Below the pieces are notes generated by a model. The model saw nothing but the letters and a program-made list of their open reading frames with translations. It was not told the DNA's origin and ran no database searches. From positions 19,148-83,147 of the forward strand of contig JAQBQS010000010.1 of assembly GCA_028286885.1 (NCBI GenBank): a DNA stretch of 64,000 bases, read 5' to 3'. Below, piece by piece: positions 36,233-46,449 of this stretch (its first letter is position 1; every line of letters begins with the position of its first letter). The stretch is from Patescibacteria group bacterium. GTDB taxonomy: Bacteria; Patescibacteriota; Minisyncoccia; Phycocordibacterales; UBA1006. Position numbers and translations under genes: made by a program.

Positions 36233-38729
36233 ACCCTTTCGTCTCTCCCCAATTCTTCCCGCTCCCGACCGACACTTCGATCGGAACGAGATTTTTTATT
36301 TCAAACGGGATCGTATCGAGGACATGCTCCATGGATTCCTTGATAATTTTCTTAGCTTGATCCAATACCGAATCCTCGCATTCAAATACCAATTCGTCAT
36401 GGATCTGCATGGTCATGTGAACCTTTGAATCCAAATTTTCTTTCTTCAAGTTTTCCTCAACTCGGATCATCGCGAGCTTGATCATGTCCGCCGCCGTTCC
36501 CTGAATAGGCGCATTTCCTGCGGCGCGTTCAGCCATAGCGCGCAAATACGGGAGCGGCGATTTCAGTCCTGTGAAGTTTCGCCTTCGTCCAAACAGCGTT
36601 GTTGTGAATCCGTTTTTCTTGGCCTGCATGATCGCGTCATCCATGTAATCCGAAAGTTTCGGAAGCTCGCGGAAATAGTTGTCGTAGAATTCCTGCGCCT
36701 CAGCACGGTTGGTACCGAGGTTTTTCTGAAGCGCCGTAACGCCCATGCCATACAAAATTCCGAAGTTGATCACTTTTGCCTGACGGCGCTGGTTATTGGA
36801 GACTTCGTTTTGTGCGACATGAAATACGCGAGATGCAACTGACGCATGAATGTCGCTGCCGGTGCGAAACGTTTCGACGAACGTCGGATCACCCGACATC
36901 ATCGCCGCAACACGGAGTTCGATCTGCGAGTAGTCCGCCGCAATGATGGAACTTCCCTTCGGAGCAATAAACGCCTGGCGGATTTCTCGGCCCATTTCAG
37001 ACTTGATCGGAATGTTCTGGATGTTCGGATTCTGCGAAGAGAATCTTCCCGTTGTTGTTCCCGCCTGGATGAGTTCCGGATGCAGCCGAGAAGCTCCATC
37101 CAGAAGCGTCGGAATGCTGTCGATATAGGTCGAGAGCAATTTCGCAAGTTCGCGATATTGGAAAATATCTGAAATGATCGGATGAATGCCTTCCAATTTC
37201 TGCAAATCTTCTTCGCGTGTCGAGTATGTTCCCGATGCCGTTTTCTTGACCTTGAACCCCTTGATATTGGTATGGAGCATCATTTCGCCAAACACGATTT
37301 CGCCGAGCTGCTTCGGAGAGCCGATATTGAACTCGTGTCCGGCATGCTTGTAAATTCTCTGCTCAACATCAATCAGTTCTTTATGAAGCTTCTCGGAAAG
37401 CTTTTTCAAGAAATCCGCGTCAATCAGAATCCCATATGACTGCATATCATTTAAAATCGGAATCAACGGGCATTCGATTTTTTCAAAAACAAATTCGAGA
37501 TTCTGTTTCTTGATCTCGTCCATCAAAATTGTGCGAGCTTCGTCTATTGTTGGTTTTCGAGTATAGGCCAGCACATCTGATGTCGTAATATTAGTCATGT
37601 CCGAATTAAGGAGCCACATGGCGATGCCGATATCCTTCGGCAATTGCTCGGCCGGCACGGAATTCTCCGCAGGATTAGGAGAGATGGCATCCGACTCTGC
37701 GGATGACGGAGGAGTAGTTTTTCTTGATCGATCAACGCCGGACTTGCGCTCGACTGAATTCTTGGATCCGTCAATCGCCTCCTTGAGTCTGGTGATCAGC
37801 GATCGGAACCCGTATTCGCGCATGAGCGCCTCGACATTCTCGGGAACGCACTCCTCGCACCAATGCCTTTCCGGAACTTTGAATTCAATCGGAGCATCGC
37901 GGCGGATCGTCGCAAGCGTTTTGGAAAAGATCGCGCCTTCCTCGTGCTCCTCAAGAAGTCCCACCATTCGTTCTTTGATTCCTGCGTCCAAAAACGCCTG
38001 GCGATCCTTGTGCAATTTCTTGTACATGTCTTCAAGTTTTCCGAATTTCAAAATGAGCTCGGTTGCGGTCTTCTCGCCGATACCCGGGACGCCGATGATG
38101 TTGTCTGACGGATCGCCGCGTAACCCCTTGTAATCCGGCAAGAGTTCCGGGCCGAATCCGAATCGCTCGATCACCGCATCCTCGTCGTAGACGACCGTCT
38201 CGTTTGCCTTCTTCTGCGTGAACACGCGGACTTTCTTGTCGTCGACAAGCTGGAGCGAATCCATGTCGCCAGTCGCAATCAGAATTTCCATATCCTTATT
38301 TTTTTTCTCCTGCTCGACAATCGTGCCGAGCATGTCGTCCGCCTCGAAGCCGGGAGTATCGTAAATGGGAATGCCGAGCTTCTCGCACAGTTCGCGCGAT
38401 GCCTTGATCTGGGTCACGAGCGCGTCGTCCGTCTTGGCGCGCGTTCCCTTGTATCCTTCATAGGCCTGATGCCGGAATGTCGGCTGCGGCAGGTCGTAGC
38501 ACGCGACGATGTAATCCGGCTTCCAGTCCGCCGCAATTCTGATAATCATCGAGGTAAATCCATACAGTCCGCCCGTAGGCATGCCTGCCTGGTTCATAAA
38601 ATCCGGCAATGCGTGATAGGCGCGATGAAGAAGCGCATGCGCATCAAGAAGCACGAGGCGTTTTTTTGTATTTGTTTTTAAGTCTTTTTTAGCTGGCATG
38701 GAGTTATTATAGCAAATAAAAAGAGGCAT
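36231..38729 (-). CDS. polA: DNA polymerase I (5'-3' exonuclease + family-A polymerase)
   Basis: 832 aa; motif B RRQAKVINFGILYGMG, motif C QIHDELVFE, N-terminal FEN domain. Confidence 0.9.
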   Translation of the reverse strand: MPLFICYNNSMPAKKDLKTNTKKRLVLLDAHALLHRAYHALPDFMNQAGMPTGGLYGFTSMIIRIAADWKPDYIVACYDLPQPTFRHQAYEGYKGTRAKTDDALVTQIKASRELCEKLGIPIYDTPGFEADDMLGTIVEQEKKNKDMEILIATGDMDSLQLVDDKKVRVFTQKKANETVVYDEDAVIERFGFGPELLPDYKGLRGDPSDNIIGVPGIGEKTATELILKFGKLEDMYKKLHKDRQAFLDAGIKERMVGLLEEHEEGAIFSKTLATIRRDAPIEFKVPERHWCEECVPENVEALMREYGFRSLITRLKEAIDGSKNSVERKSGVDRSRKTTPPSSAESDAISPNPAENSVPAEQLPKDIGIAMWLLNSDMTNITTSDVLAYTRKPTIDEARTILMDEIKKQNLEFVFEKIECPLIPILNDMQSYGILIDADFLKKLSEKLHKELIDVEQRIYKHAGHEFNIGSPKQLGEIVFGEMMLHTNIKGFKVKKTASGTYSTREEDLQKLEGIHPIISDIFQYRELAKLLSTYIDSIPTLLDGASRLHPELIQAGTTTGRFSSQNPNIQNIPIKSEMGREIRQAFIAPKGSSIIAADYSQIELRVAAMMSGDPTFVETFRTGSDIHASVASRVFHVAQNEVSNNQRRQAKVINFGILYGMGVTALQKNLGTNRAEAQEFYDNYFRELPKLSDYMDDAIMQAKKNGFTTTLFGRRRNFTGLKSPLPYLRAMAERAAGNAPIQGTAADMIKLAMIRVEENLKKENLDSKVHMTMQIHDELVFECEDSVLDQAKKIIKESMEHVLDTIPFEIKNLVPIEVSVGSGKNWGETKG

Positions 38730-38761
38730 TTCCTGACGGAAATGCCTCTAAGCGGTTTCTG

Positions 38762-39089
38762 CTACAAGGCCAGAACATCGATATTTTCAGAAGCAAGAGA
38801 CATTCCTCTCAGCTCCTCAAGAATCTCGTCCATACGCTCGTTGCCGTCATAAAATGAAACGCGCGCGATGTCGCCTTTAGAAACTTCCGAGGCTTTTATC
38901 TGAAACGACTCCTGTATTTTCCTTGCGATTTCCTTCAGGCTTCTCTCCGGATCGTTACCGACATAGTTGTTTATCACTATCAGATAGCGGCCTTCTTTTT
39001 CGTTTTCTGATTCCGACAGATTGGCGTTCATCGTAGCCTGGATATAGAATCCAAGTGTTGATTTGAAAATGTTGATGAATAAATTCATG
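38762..39089 (-). CDS. Hypothetical protein (about 109 aa)
   Basis: Start chosen at MNLFINIF to avoid overlap with tsaE. Confidence 0.4.
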
Positions 39090-39155
39090 TTTCTATTTTT
39101 AATTTTAAAATGATCTTGGGAAAAATTATCAAGGATCAGTATAGCATGTTTGACT

Positions 39156-39650
39156 TCAAAAGTCAATGCTTCGCAACGACTCGTCAACATGCGCCAAGGA
39201 AACCTTGATCGCCCACTTCGGCACTGCATCTTGGATCATTTCCGGCCACTCGATAATAACCAGATTGTCCGAATCCGAAAGCATCTCGTCCCAGCCGAGG
39301 TTTTTTATTTCTGCTGAAGATTCCAAGCGGTACATATCGCCATGAATTAAATATTTCCAAGAAGGCAGCTGCGCATCTTGCGCAGTGTCTCCCCCTTTTA
39401 GGGGGAGTGGTCGAGGCTCTGCGAGACCGAGGGGGTACTTCTTGTAAATAACATATGTCGGGCTTTGGAGATCGTTTTGCACGCCAAGTTGTTTAGCTAT
39501 TTCCTTGATCAGGGTTGTTTTGCCTGCCCCGAGATTTCCTGAAAGTGTAATAAGGGTTGCACGGTCAGGCGCGGCAAGCTTCGCTTGCCGCGCCTTTGCT
39601 ATCAGTTCCGCCGCAACCTCCCCTATTTGATTTTCAGCATACGTTTTCAT
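39156..39650 (-). CDS. tsaE: tRNA threonylcarbamoyladenosine biosynthesis protein TsaE (YjeE), carrying an in-frame mini-repeat insertion
   Basis: P-loop GNLGAGKTT plus ...SPTYVIYKKY...HGDMYRL...IIEWPE. The insertion ...RPLPLKGGDTAQDAQLP is encoded by the repeat at 39386-39441. Confidence 0.8.
   Translation of the reverse strand: MKTYAENQIGEVAAELIAKARQAKLAAPDRATLITLSGNLGAGKTTLIKEIAKQLGVQNDLQSPTYVIYKKYPLGLAEPRPLPLKGGDTAQDAQLPSWKYLIHGDMYRLESSAEIKNLGWDEMLSDSDNLVIIEWPEMIQDAVPKWAIKVSLAHVDESLRSIDF
39386..39441. repeat. Mini-element copy inside tsaE: TGTCTCCCCCTTTTAGGGGGAGTG plus a second palindrome cgaggctctgcgagaccgaggggg
   Basis: 24-nt identity to 6203-6226. Lies inside a coding frame. Confidence 0.75.
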
Positions 39651-39755
39651 GGCGACAGTATACGCATTTTTTTCCAAGACAAAAGCCCCGAAGGGCTTTT
39701 GAGTGAGAGCACTCACGAGAGAACGTTTGTACAAAGTGTATTTAAACAGTAAGGG

Positions 39756-41897
39756 TTACTGTTTTGGAGTCGGATGGTACACAGTGTATTCTCCCGTTGG
39801 TGCACCCGTGATAATCGTCGGAGTAGGCGCAGTTGGCGCCGGAGCCGGATTATGGACGATCATTGTCGTCGGAGCTTCCCTGCGCCAGTAGTGGCGCGCG
39901 ATGAGGACGATGATGAGAATGATCAGCAAGATGATAAGCCATCCTGCAAGCGAGTTAGGAAGGAATCCGAGTCCGAAGAGCGAAGCTCCGAGAACCGACC
40001 CGTCGACGATTGAGAACGTATCCGCGTCATACGCGATTGCGTTTTCCGTCGCCGTCGTCTTTGGATTTTCGAACGCCATGACAGCCTGAGCTACCACAGG
40101 GTCGCCGTCCTTGAGTCCTGCATCGATCTGTCCTGAAATCGTCATCTCTCCCGTCTCATGAGCATCGAGGCTCGAGATCTGGTAGACGACTGATGACTTC
40201 TTGGTTTCAATGGCTCCTCGGTCCGTATCGGTAATGACCATCTGGCTTGGGAAGTTAACTTCCAAAACCAAGTTGTTCAATTTCGTTCCGGTGAGGTTTG
40301 TCCATGAAACATCGTATGCCGTGTCCTTGCCTTCTCGGACCACGTCTCGGTGGTTGTCGATCATCAACTTGATGAACGAGCTTCCGCCTCCGTTGCCCGT
40401 GTTAACGGTAACGTATCGCGTGATGGTCGTGTCGCGGACGGTCGTACCAGAGGTCGTGAATGACTGGATAGAACCGCTTGCGGTTCCGGCACAGTTATTG
40501 CCGACTGCCTGGTAGTAATAGGTCGTGTTCGGAGAAAGGTTCTGCAATGCCTGTGACATGCTGCCTGAACCTGTTCCTCGATTAACCGTACCAGTTGATT
40601 GTCCGAGCGCCTGCGTCCTTCCGTAATTGAAGTACGTGCTTACCGAACATGTCGAGTTGTAGTATCCGTCGACGACGGCAACTGATCCTCCGATTGAAAT
40701 CGTCCCGAGGGTCGAAATGCTTGGAAGCTGGTTGACGGGCGTCGGAGTAGGATATACGCAGTATGATCCGTTCCATGTTCCTGTTCCGCAGTTCTGAACG
40801 ATCGGCGTACAGTTAGGATAGTATCCCGTCGTACCTGATGGACAGTTCTGCTGAATTGGAACACAGTTCGGCCAGATACCTGTCGTGTTCCCCGTACAAT
40901 ACTGATTATTGTTGATTGGAACGCAGTTAGGCCAAACACCTGTTGTGTTTCCGGTGCAGTACTGCTGGATCGGAACACAATTTGGATATGATCCCGTTGT
41001 TCCAGAACCACATACAGGAGTGCTTCCGTAGATCACAAATGTCTGATCTTCTCCGAAAACTGTTCCGTATGAGTTTGTCGCGACTGCTTCGTACGTGTAC
41101 GTTCCTCCTGGAAGTCCCGTAAGCGCATAATTGAAGTTTCCGCTCGAAACTCCTCGGGAAACAGAACCGATTCCTGTTGTCCATGATCCTCCGTTCACGC
41201 GGTACTGAAACGATGTGGTCGTTGCGTAGCCGTTTGAATTGAAGTAACCGTTCAAGGTAACGTTTCCGTTATTTGAATCGACGGGCTGAGCCGGAGTCGT
41301 GTGGACCGTAGGCTTCTGTCCCTGGTCGTTACATGACGTACATGTATCGCTTCCGGTTACCTTGAATGAAATCTTGGCAACTCCCTGCTGCGACCATCCT
41401 GAGCCGAGGGTTCCAACTGTGTAGCCGGATCCCATAAGCTGCGTGACGGAAATGCTCTGGGGATTTGCTCCGCCGTTGTATTCGTTCTGGGCGCGTACAG
41501 GGACGAGTGTCGCTGACGAGTCCAAACTGATTGTAGCGGAACCGGTTGAAACGGTTGATCCGTTAACCTTGATTCCACCGTTCAATGTAAACGAGTTGGC
41601 AGCCGACGTTCCCGGGTTATCGATGTAAACCGATACTCCCGAAACAGACGACGAGCTTGTGTTGTGATAATAGATGGCAAACGTCACCGTATCGCCGACT
41701 TTGGCGGTATCTGACGTAAACCAACATCCGTATCCGGTCGTCGGAGCGTTTCCGTTCCGCGCAACCGTTACAGTCGGACAGTCAGCGCCCTGTGAAGAGT
41801 CGTTGAATGTTCCCGCGGCAAAAGCGCTTGACGCTGTCGTAAAGACGACGGCGAGCATGGCGGCGATTGCTGCGATTTTGGTAATTGTTTTAAACAT
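39756..41897 (-). CDS. Very large secreted, membrane-anchored surface protein (about 713 aa) with Cys-containing short repeats
   Basis: Signal peptide MFKTITKIAAIAAMLAVVFTTASSAFA. Five repeats TG.xPNC.PI, Ig/FN3-like Thr/Ser/Gly-rich segments, a C-terminal transmembrane helix WLIILLIILIIVLIA and a Pro-rich tail. Confidence 0.6.
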   Translation of the reverse strand: MFKTITKIAAIAAMLAVVFTTASSAFAAGTFNDSSQGADCPTVTVARNGNAPTTGYGCWFTSDTAKVGDTVTFAIYYHNTSSSSVSGVSVYIDNPGTSAANSFTLNGGIKVNGSTVSTGSATISLDSSATLVPVRAQNEYNGGANPQSISVTQLMGSGYTVGTLGSGWSQQGVAKISFKVTGSDTCTSCNDQGQKPTVHTTPAQPVDSNNGNVTLNGYFNSNGYATTTSFQYRVNGGSWTTGIGSVSRGVSSGNFNYALTGLPGGTYTYEAVATNSYGTVFGEDQTFVIYGSTPVCGSGTTGSYPNCVPIQQYCTGNTTGVWPNCVPINNNQYCTGNTTGIWPNCVPIQQNCPSGTTGYYPNCTPIVQNCGTGTWNGSYCVYPTPTPVNQLPSISTLGTISIGGSVAVVDGYYNSTCSVSTYFNYGRTQALGQSTGTVNRGTGSGSMSQALQNLSPNTTYYYQAVGNNCAGTASGSIQSFTTSGTTVRDTTITRYVTVNTGNGGGSSFIKLMIDNHRDVVREGKDTAYDVSWTNLTGTKLNNLVLEVNFPSQMVITDTDRGAIETKKSSVVYQISSLDAHETGEMTISGQIDAGLKDGDPVVAQAVMAFENPKTTATENAIAYDADTFSIVDGSVLGASLFGLGFLPNSLAGWLIILLIILIIVLIARHYWRREAPTTMIVHNPAPAPTAPTPTIITGAPTGEYTVYHPTPKQ

Positions 41898-42128
41898 AAT
41901 GTAATAGTTCTCTCGTGAACTAGTTATTTTATAGCTACCGTCTTTTCCCTGGGTTCGACGCGAAACAAACCCCTTTCGAGATTCGTTTCTATGCATATGA
42001 ATAAAAATTCATAGATAAGGGAAAGGACTGCATCTATGAACTTTCGAGGTGCTCTCAAAAGCTCAATAAAAGGGATCAGCATATCTTGCGATAGTGGCTG
42101 ATCCAATAAGAGGTCTGATGTGAAAGAA

Positions 42129-43352
42129 CTATTGGGGGTAAGTACCTGTCCAATGCTGTCCGGTCGTAGTAGTACCGGTTTGCGTTGTGCCAGTGTTGTA
42201 AAGCTCTGCACCCGTCCAACGCTGACCTTGCTGAAGCGGTAACTGTTGCTGCTGTCCGCCGTTATTAATGATAGTCGTATTAGTCTTCTTTGGAAGAAAA
42301 AGTCCTACAACATCGACGGCAACATCGGCCCATACTCCGACAGCGGTTGCCGTTGTAGCATTGGCCGTGCGCTTCAGATATTTGTTATTTGAAGCGGCAA
42401 ACGGATCAACAGCAGTAACGTATTGCGTTGTACCTTGATTGACCGTTTGGCCAGAGTAACCTCCAGGTGTCCATGTGCGGTTTGTACCGGCAGGGGTCCT
42501 TGATGACTCATCAGGCACCCAATCGCTAGACTTAGGAGCAGTGGGCGTAGCAGGTGCGGCAGGTGCAGCATAGGTATACGCTGGCGCCGCAGGCTGAGTA
42601 ACAGTACTGTTGCCTGAGTTCTCGATCGAATTGCCAGTGACGGTGATATTGATATCACCAATGGTTCCGCGATCGTAGGTACGCTCGCTGCCATCTTGTC
42701 CATGGATCTTGACCTTTCCCTTCGAAGCCTGCTTCTTGTCGAAATCTTCAAAACCAGAACCCTTCTTGGGAGCATTCAACGGAGCAGACCAGTAACCGAC
42801 CATATCTTTGATAGGGTTGGCACAGTAGTCGCTCGCCATCGCATACCTCCTGCCAGAGCGCTTGTTTGTAAAAACAAAGACACCTTCATCATCGCTGTAA
42901 TTCTCACGAGTTATCTCACCGGTTTTTCCGTTGAGAGCCTCGTCGAAAGACAGGAATGTGTGCTTGCCCGGCATCGCTTTTTCAAAATCTACATGACCGA
43001 GGAGCGCCGCTTCAGCCTGCTGCACTGTCGTGATCTTCTTTGGCGTCTTTCCGTCCGATTGGAAGTAGAAAGGGTCGCTGTCGTTGATCGCGTTGAGCTG
43101 GGCGAAGATGATGTTGTGCATCGTTGGGAGCAGCCTTGGCATTGCCTTGAAGAAATCTTCTCTGGGAAGCTCAGGATAGAATGCAGTAATATCGCTTGGA
43201 ATTTCTCCGTAGAGATACAAGCGAACATACTGTTTGACTGTGATCTTGTGAGCAGCAGAGTCTCTGCTGTTTTGCCCATCAAATGGGATGCCTTTTGCAA
43301 ATGTTGCTACTGCGAACATTACAAGGAACTTGAGAATTATTACTTTTTTCAT
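42129..43352 (-). CDS. Secreted hypothetical protein (407 aa) with a Thr/Gly/Gln-rich C-terminal half
   Basis: Signal peptide MKKVIILKFLVMFAVATFA. Complete ORF. Confidence 0.5.
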   Translation of the reverse strand: MKKVIILKFLVMFAVATFAKGIPFDGQNSRDSAAHKITVKQYVRLYLYGEIPSDITAFYPELPREDFFKAMPRLLPTMHNIIFAQLNAINDSDPFYFQSDGKTPKKITTVQQAEAALLGHVDFEKAMPGKHTFLSFDEALNGKTGEITRENYSDDEGVFVFTNKRSGRRYAMASDYCANPIKDMVGYWSAPLNAPKKGSGFEDFDKKQASKGKVKIHGQDGSERTYDRGTIGDINITVTGNSIENSGNSTVTQPAAPAYTYAAPAAPATPTAPKSSDWVPDESSRTPAGTNRTWTPGGYSGQTVNQGTTQYVTAVDPFAASNNKYLKRTANATTATAVGVWADVAVDVVGLFLPKKTNTTIINNGGQQQQLPLQQGQRWTGAELYNTGTTQTGTTTTGQHWTGTYPQ

Positions 43353-43506
43353 TGTAAATTGATTTTAGTGTTTAAGAATTTGAATTATTTGTTAGAAAAT
43401 ATATATGTTGATTCGGTTTCCCTATTTGAGACTATCTTAGCATATTCAGCTTTGATTGTCAACCCCCTCCCCCTATGGCCTTTGGGGTATACTGTTTGAC
43501 AAGAAT

Positions 43507-45700
43507 TATGGCAACTTATCACGAGGACGAACAGAATAAGCTGATCGGCGACCTTCGCGTGCAAGAAGAAGAATCTTTTACGCAAAACACGGCCGACCAG
43601 ATCGGCGTTCCTTACGTAGACCTTACGGGAATGACCATCAATACCGACGCCTTGCGCCTCATTACCGAGGAAAATGCAAAAAAGGGCGAGCTCGCCGCCT
43701 ACTCGATGGTAGGCAAAAAACTCGAAGTCGCCGTGAAATCTCCGACAAATGAAACGGCCATTTCCGAGCTCTCGCGACTCGAGGGATTGGGATATCAGAC
43801 AAGCCTCTCGATGGTTTCAGAGCGCAGTCTTGCGAAAGCCTGGTCGCGCTACGGAGACCTCTCCGCTTCCGAGGTTTCGCGCGGAGGACTTCTCGACATT
43901 TCAGACGAGGCGCTCCAGGAAATCGCGGCAACGGTGCACGCCAACGACGACGTCAAAAAAAGGCTCGAGGATATTTTTCAGAAAAAAAACAGCCACGAGA
44001 TTTCCGAGATCATGGAAACCATTTTCGGTTCGGCCATTGCGCTCAAATCTTCCGACGTCCACATCGAACCGGAGGAAACGTTCGTGCGCTTGCGACTGCG
44101 CGAAGACGGCGTACTCCAGGAAATCGTGCAGATGGATCCGACGCTCTATGCGCGGCTTTTGAACCGCGTGAAATTCATTTCCGGAATGAAATTGTCCATT
44201 ACCGAAATGGCACAGGACGGAAGGTTTACGATCGTCTACAAGGGCGTCGAAATTGAAGTCCGTGTTGCGGTTGCGCCAGGCGCGTACCAAGAATCCATCG
44301 TACTCCGAATTTTGAACCCCGAAGGCTTGGCGGTTGATTTCGAAAAATTGGGAATCGAGCCGAAACTCTTCAAGGTTTTTGAGCGTGAAATTGCCAAACC
44401 AAACGGAATGATCCTGACGACCGGTCCGACCGGTTCCGGAAAGACAACGACGCTCTACTCGTTCCTCAAGAAAATTTACGATCCTGAAATCAAGATCATT
44501 ACGATCGAGGATCCGATCGAGTACCATCTCCCGGGCATTACGCAGGAACAGGTTTCGCACGAGAAAGGATTCGACTTCTTGGCGGGACTGCGCGCGGCAT
44601 TGCGCCAAGATCCGGATGTCATTATGGTCGGAGAAATCCGCGACAAGGAAACGGCGACGATTGCGATCAACGCATCGCTCACGGGCCACATGGTATTCTC
44701 GACACTCCACACCAACAATGCGGCAGGAACCATTCCCCGATTGCTCGACCTCGGAGTACAGCCGGGAATTCTCGCGGCGGCGCTCACCGTTTCGATTGCG
44801 CAGCGACTCGTACGAAAGCTCTGCCCTGTCTGCAAGAAGCAGATCGAGCTTGACCAAGAAAAACAAACGCTGATCCGGGCAATCATTGACCATGCAACCA
44901 AAGCCGGAAAAGATTTCGCATCTTATAATATCCGGTCTGACATGCCGATTGTCGCCTACGGACCTGTCGGATGCGACCAATGCCATAACGGGTTCAAGGG
45001 GCGCCTGGGACTCTACGAAGCGATCCTCACCGACGACGCGATCGCATCGATGATGACGCGCGTGCCGCCGCCGACCGAGCGCGACATCAAGCGCGCTGCC
45101 GAACACCAAGGAATCTTCACGATGATCGAGGACGGCGTCATCAAGATCCTGACAGGCGTCACGTCGTTTGACGAGATTCAGAGCGTCGTAGATCTCTCCG
45201 AAGACGTTGGAGCCGACGCCGCGCGCGATGAAGCGAATGGAGTTTCTCCCTCCCCTGCCAAGGGGAGGGCCGGGGTGGGGTTTGAAAATTCCGACACGCA
45301 ACAAAACCCCCTCCCAGCCTCCCCCTTAGCAGGGGGAGGAGCCGAACCCGTCGCCACATTTCAACCCGAAACAACCATAGGCGAAGAACTCTCGCTCCTA
45401 GTCGACTATTTGAAGCTTCTCGAATCGATGGAATCGAAAAATCCCGGTACGAGCACCTCGCAAAAAATCGAGCGCGCCAAGCACATGATCCTCTCGATGC
45501 TCGAAAACGCGCCGAACCTGGAAGCCTTGTTCGCAAGTTCGAATCCCGGCGTTGCGGTGAAATCCCAGATTGAATCTCTTGTAAACGATTTGCACGACCT
45601 GCAGCTCGAGCAAGAAAAAAATCCGAGCATGTCGGTTGCCAATAAACTCGCGGGAATTCGTAGCACCATAGAAACGATGACGCGTGAAGTAGCGCGATAA
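43507..45700 (+). CDS. pilB: Type IV pilus assembly ATPase PilB (GspE family) with an N-terminal GSPII_E_N-like domain and a ~170-aa C-terminal extension
   Basis: Walker A GPTGSGKTT, Asp box, His box TLHTN, and a tetracysteine CPVC...CDQC. The extra C-terminal tail contains two mini-repeat hairpins. Confidence 0.85.
45248..45340. repeat. Two GC-rich palindromic mini-elements inside the pilB 3' extension (CCCTCCCC-tgccaa-GGGGAGGG and CCTCCCCC-ttagca-GGGGGAGG)
   Basis: Same hairpin family, in frame in the coding sequence. Confidence 0.7.
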
Positions 45701-46287
45701 AAATGATTTGTGTAATGTGAAATGGACCGCGAGTCGCACCGTCTGGTAGACCCGGTTGTTTTGAAGAAACGCTTGGGGACAGTCGAATTCATTTTTTTAG
45801 AAGAATGGATTCCGTTGTTCCCAAGCGTTTTTTATTTTTGGAAAATTTTTGCAAGAAAAAGAACCGAGCTGCTTGCGCAAACTCGGCCCGTAATTTTGGC
45901 GTTTTGGCATTCCTGCCGGGAAAGAAGTTTTAGCCTGCTTCTTCTTTTACTGAAGGATCGGGATAATATGGCGAACCATATTCTGCTTTTCCTCTCGCTA
46001 TCATTGCCACCTTGATTTGTTAAGAAGTAGTTGCTCCGAAGTAGCTGACTCCGTTTCAATTTACCTTGCCTTTGGCACCCGGTCGTCGAATTTTCATTCG
46101 TAACCGTCCCAGTACATTAACTTGTATTACATCCAGTTTACTCTGGTACTAACCGATAGAAAGAACTTTTTTGAATTATTATGCAGATTTTACTCCGCAC
46201 GCAATTTCAAAACATGCTCTCATCATCAGAAATCGACATACTTGGATAAACAAATATACCTATTTCCGATGATGAAAACCGTGATTT

Positions 46288-46449
46288 TTTCAAACGCACG
46301 AATCTGCAAGACATATCTCACACCCGAAAGCATGAGGCCCCACCAAGAGATAAGGAGATCCCCAGGGGTCAACGGTACAAGCCGAGGTCCCAGAGAATCC
46401 TTTCAACGAAGCAGAAACGACCGCGAGATCGCATCCCTTGCAGATTCGT
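46288..46449. ncRNA. Candidate structured RNA closed by a perfect 13-bp inverted repeat (ACGAATCTGCAAG ... CTTGCAGATTCGT), unidentified
   Basis: Sits in a roughly 1-kb stretch (45701-46710) with no credible ORF. Internal GC-rich hairpins are present (gagatccccaggggtc). No family match could be made by eye. Confidence 0.3.

Noticed and set aside
41924-42211. 95-aa minus-strand ORF between the two large surface-protein genes
   Set aside because: It overlaps the 3' end of the 407-aa gene in another frame and lies in the intergenic promoter region.
43901-45304. 467-aa antisense ORF opposite pilB
   Set aside because: Arg-rich antisense frame of a strongly supported GspE-family gene.
45770-46111. 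Possible tmRNA (the minus-strand 5' end GGGACGGTTACGAATGAAAATTCGACGACCGGG resembles tmRNA 5' ends)
   Set aside because: No tRNA-like T-arm with a 7-nt TTCGANT loop, no acceptor-stem G3-U70 with ACCA end, and no plausible tag-peptide ORF ending ...AA-stop could be found on either strand.
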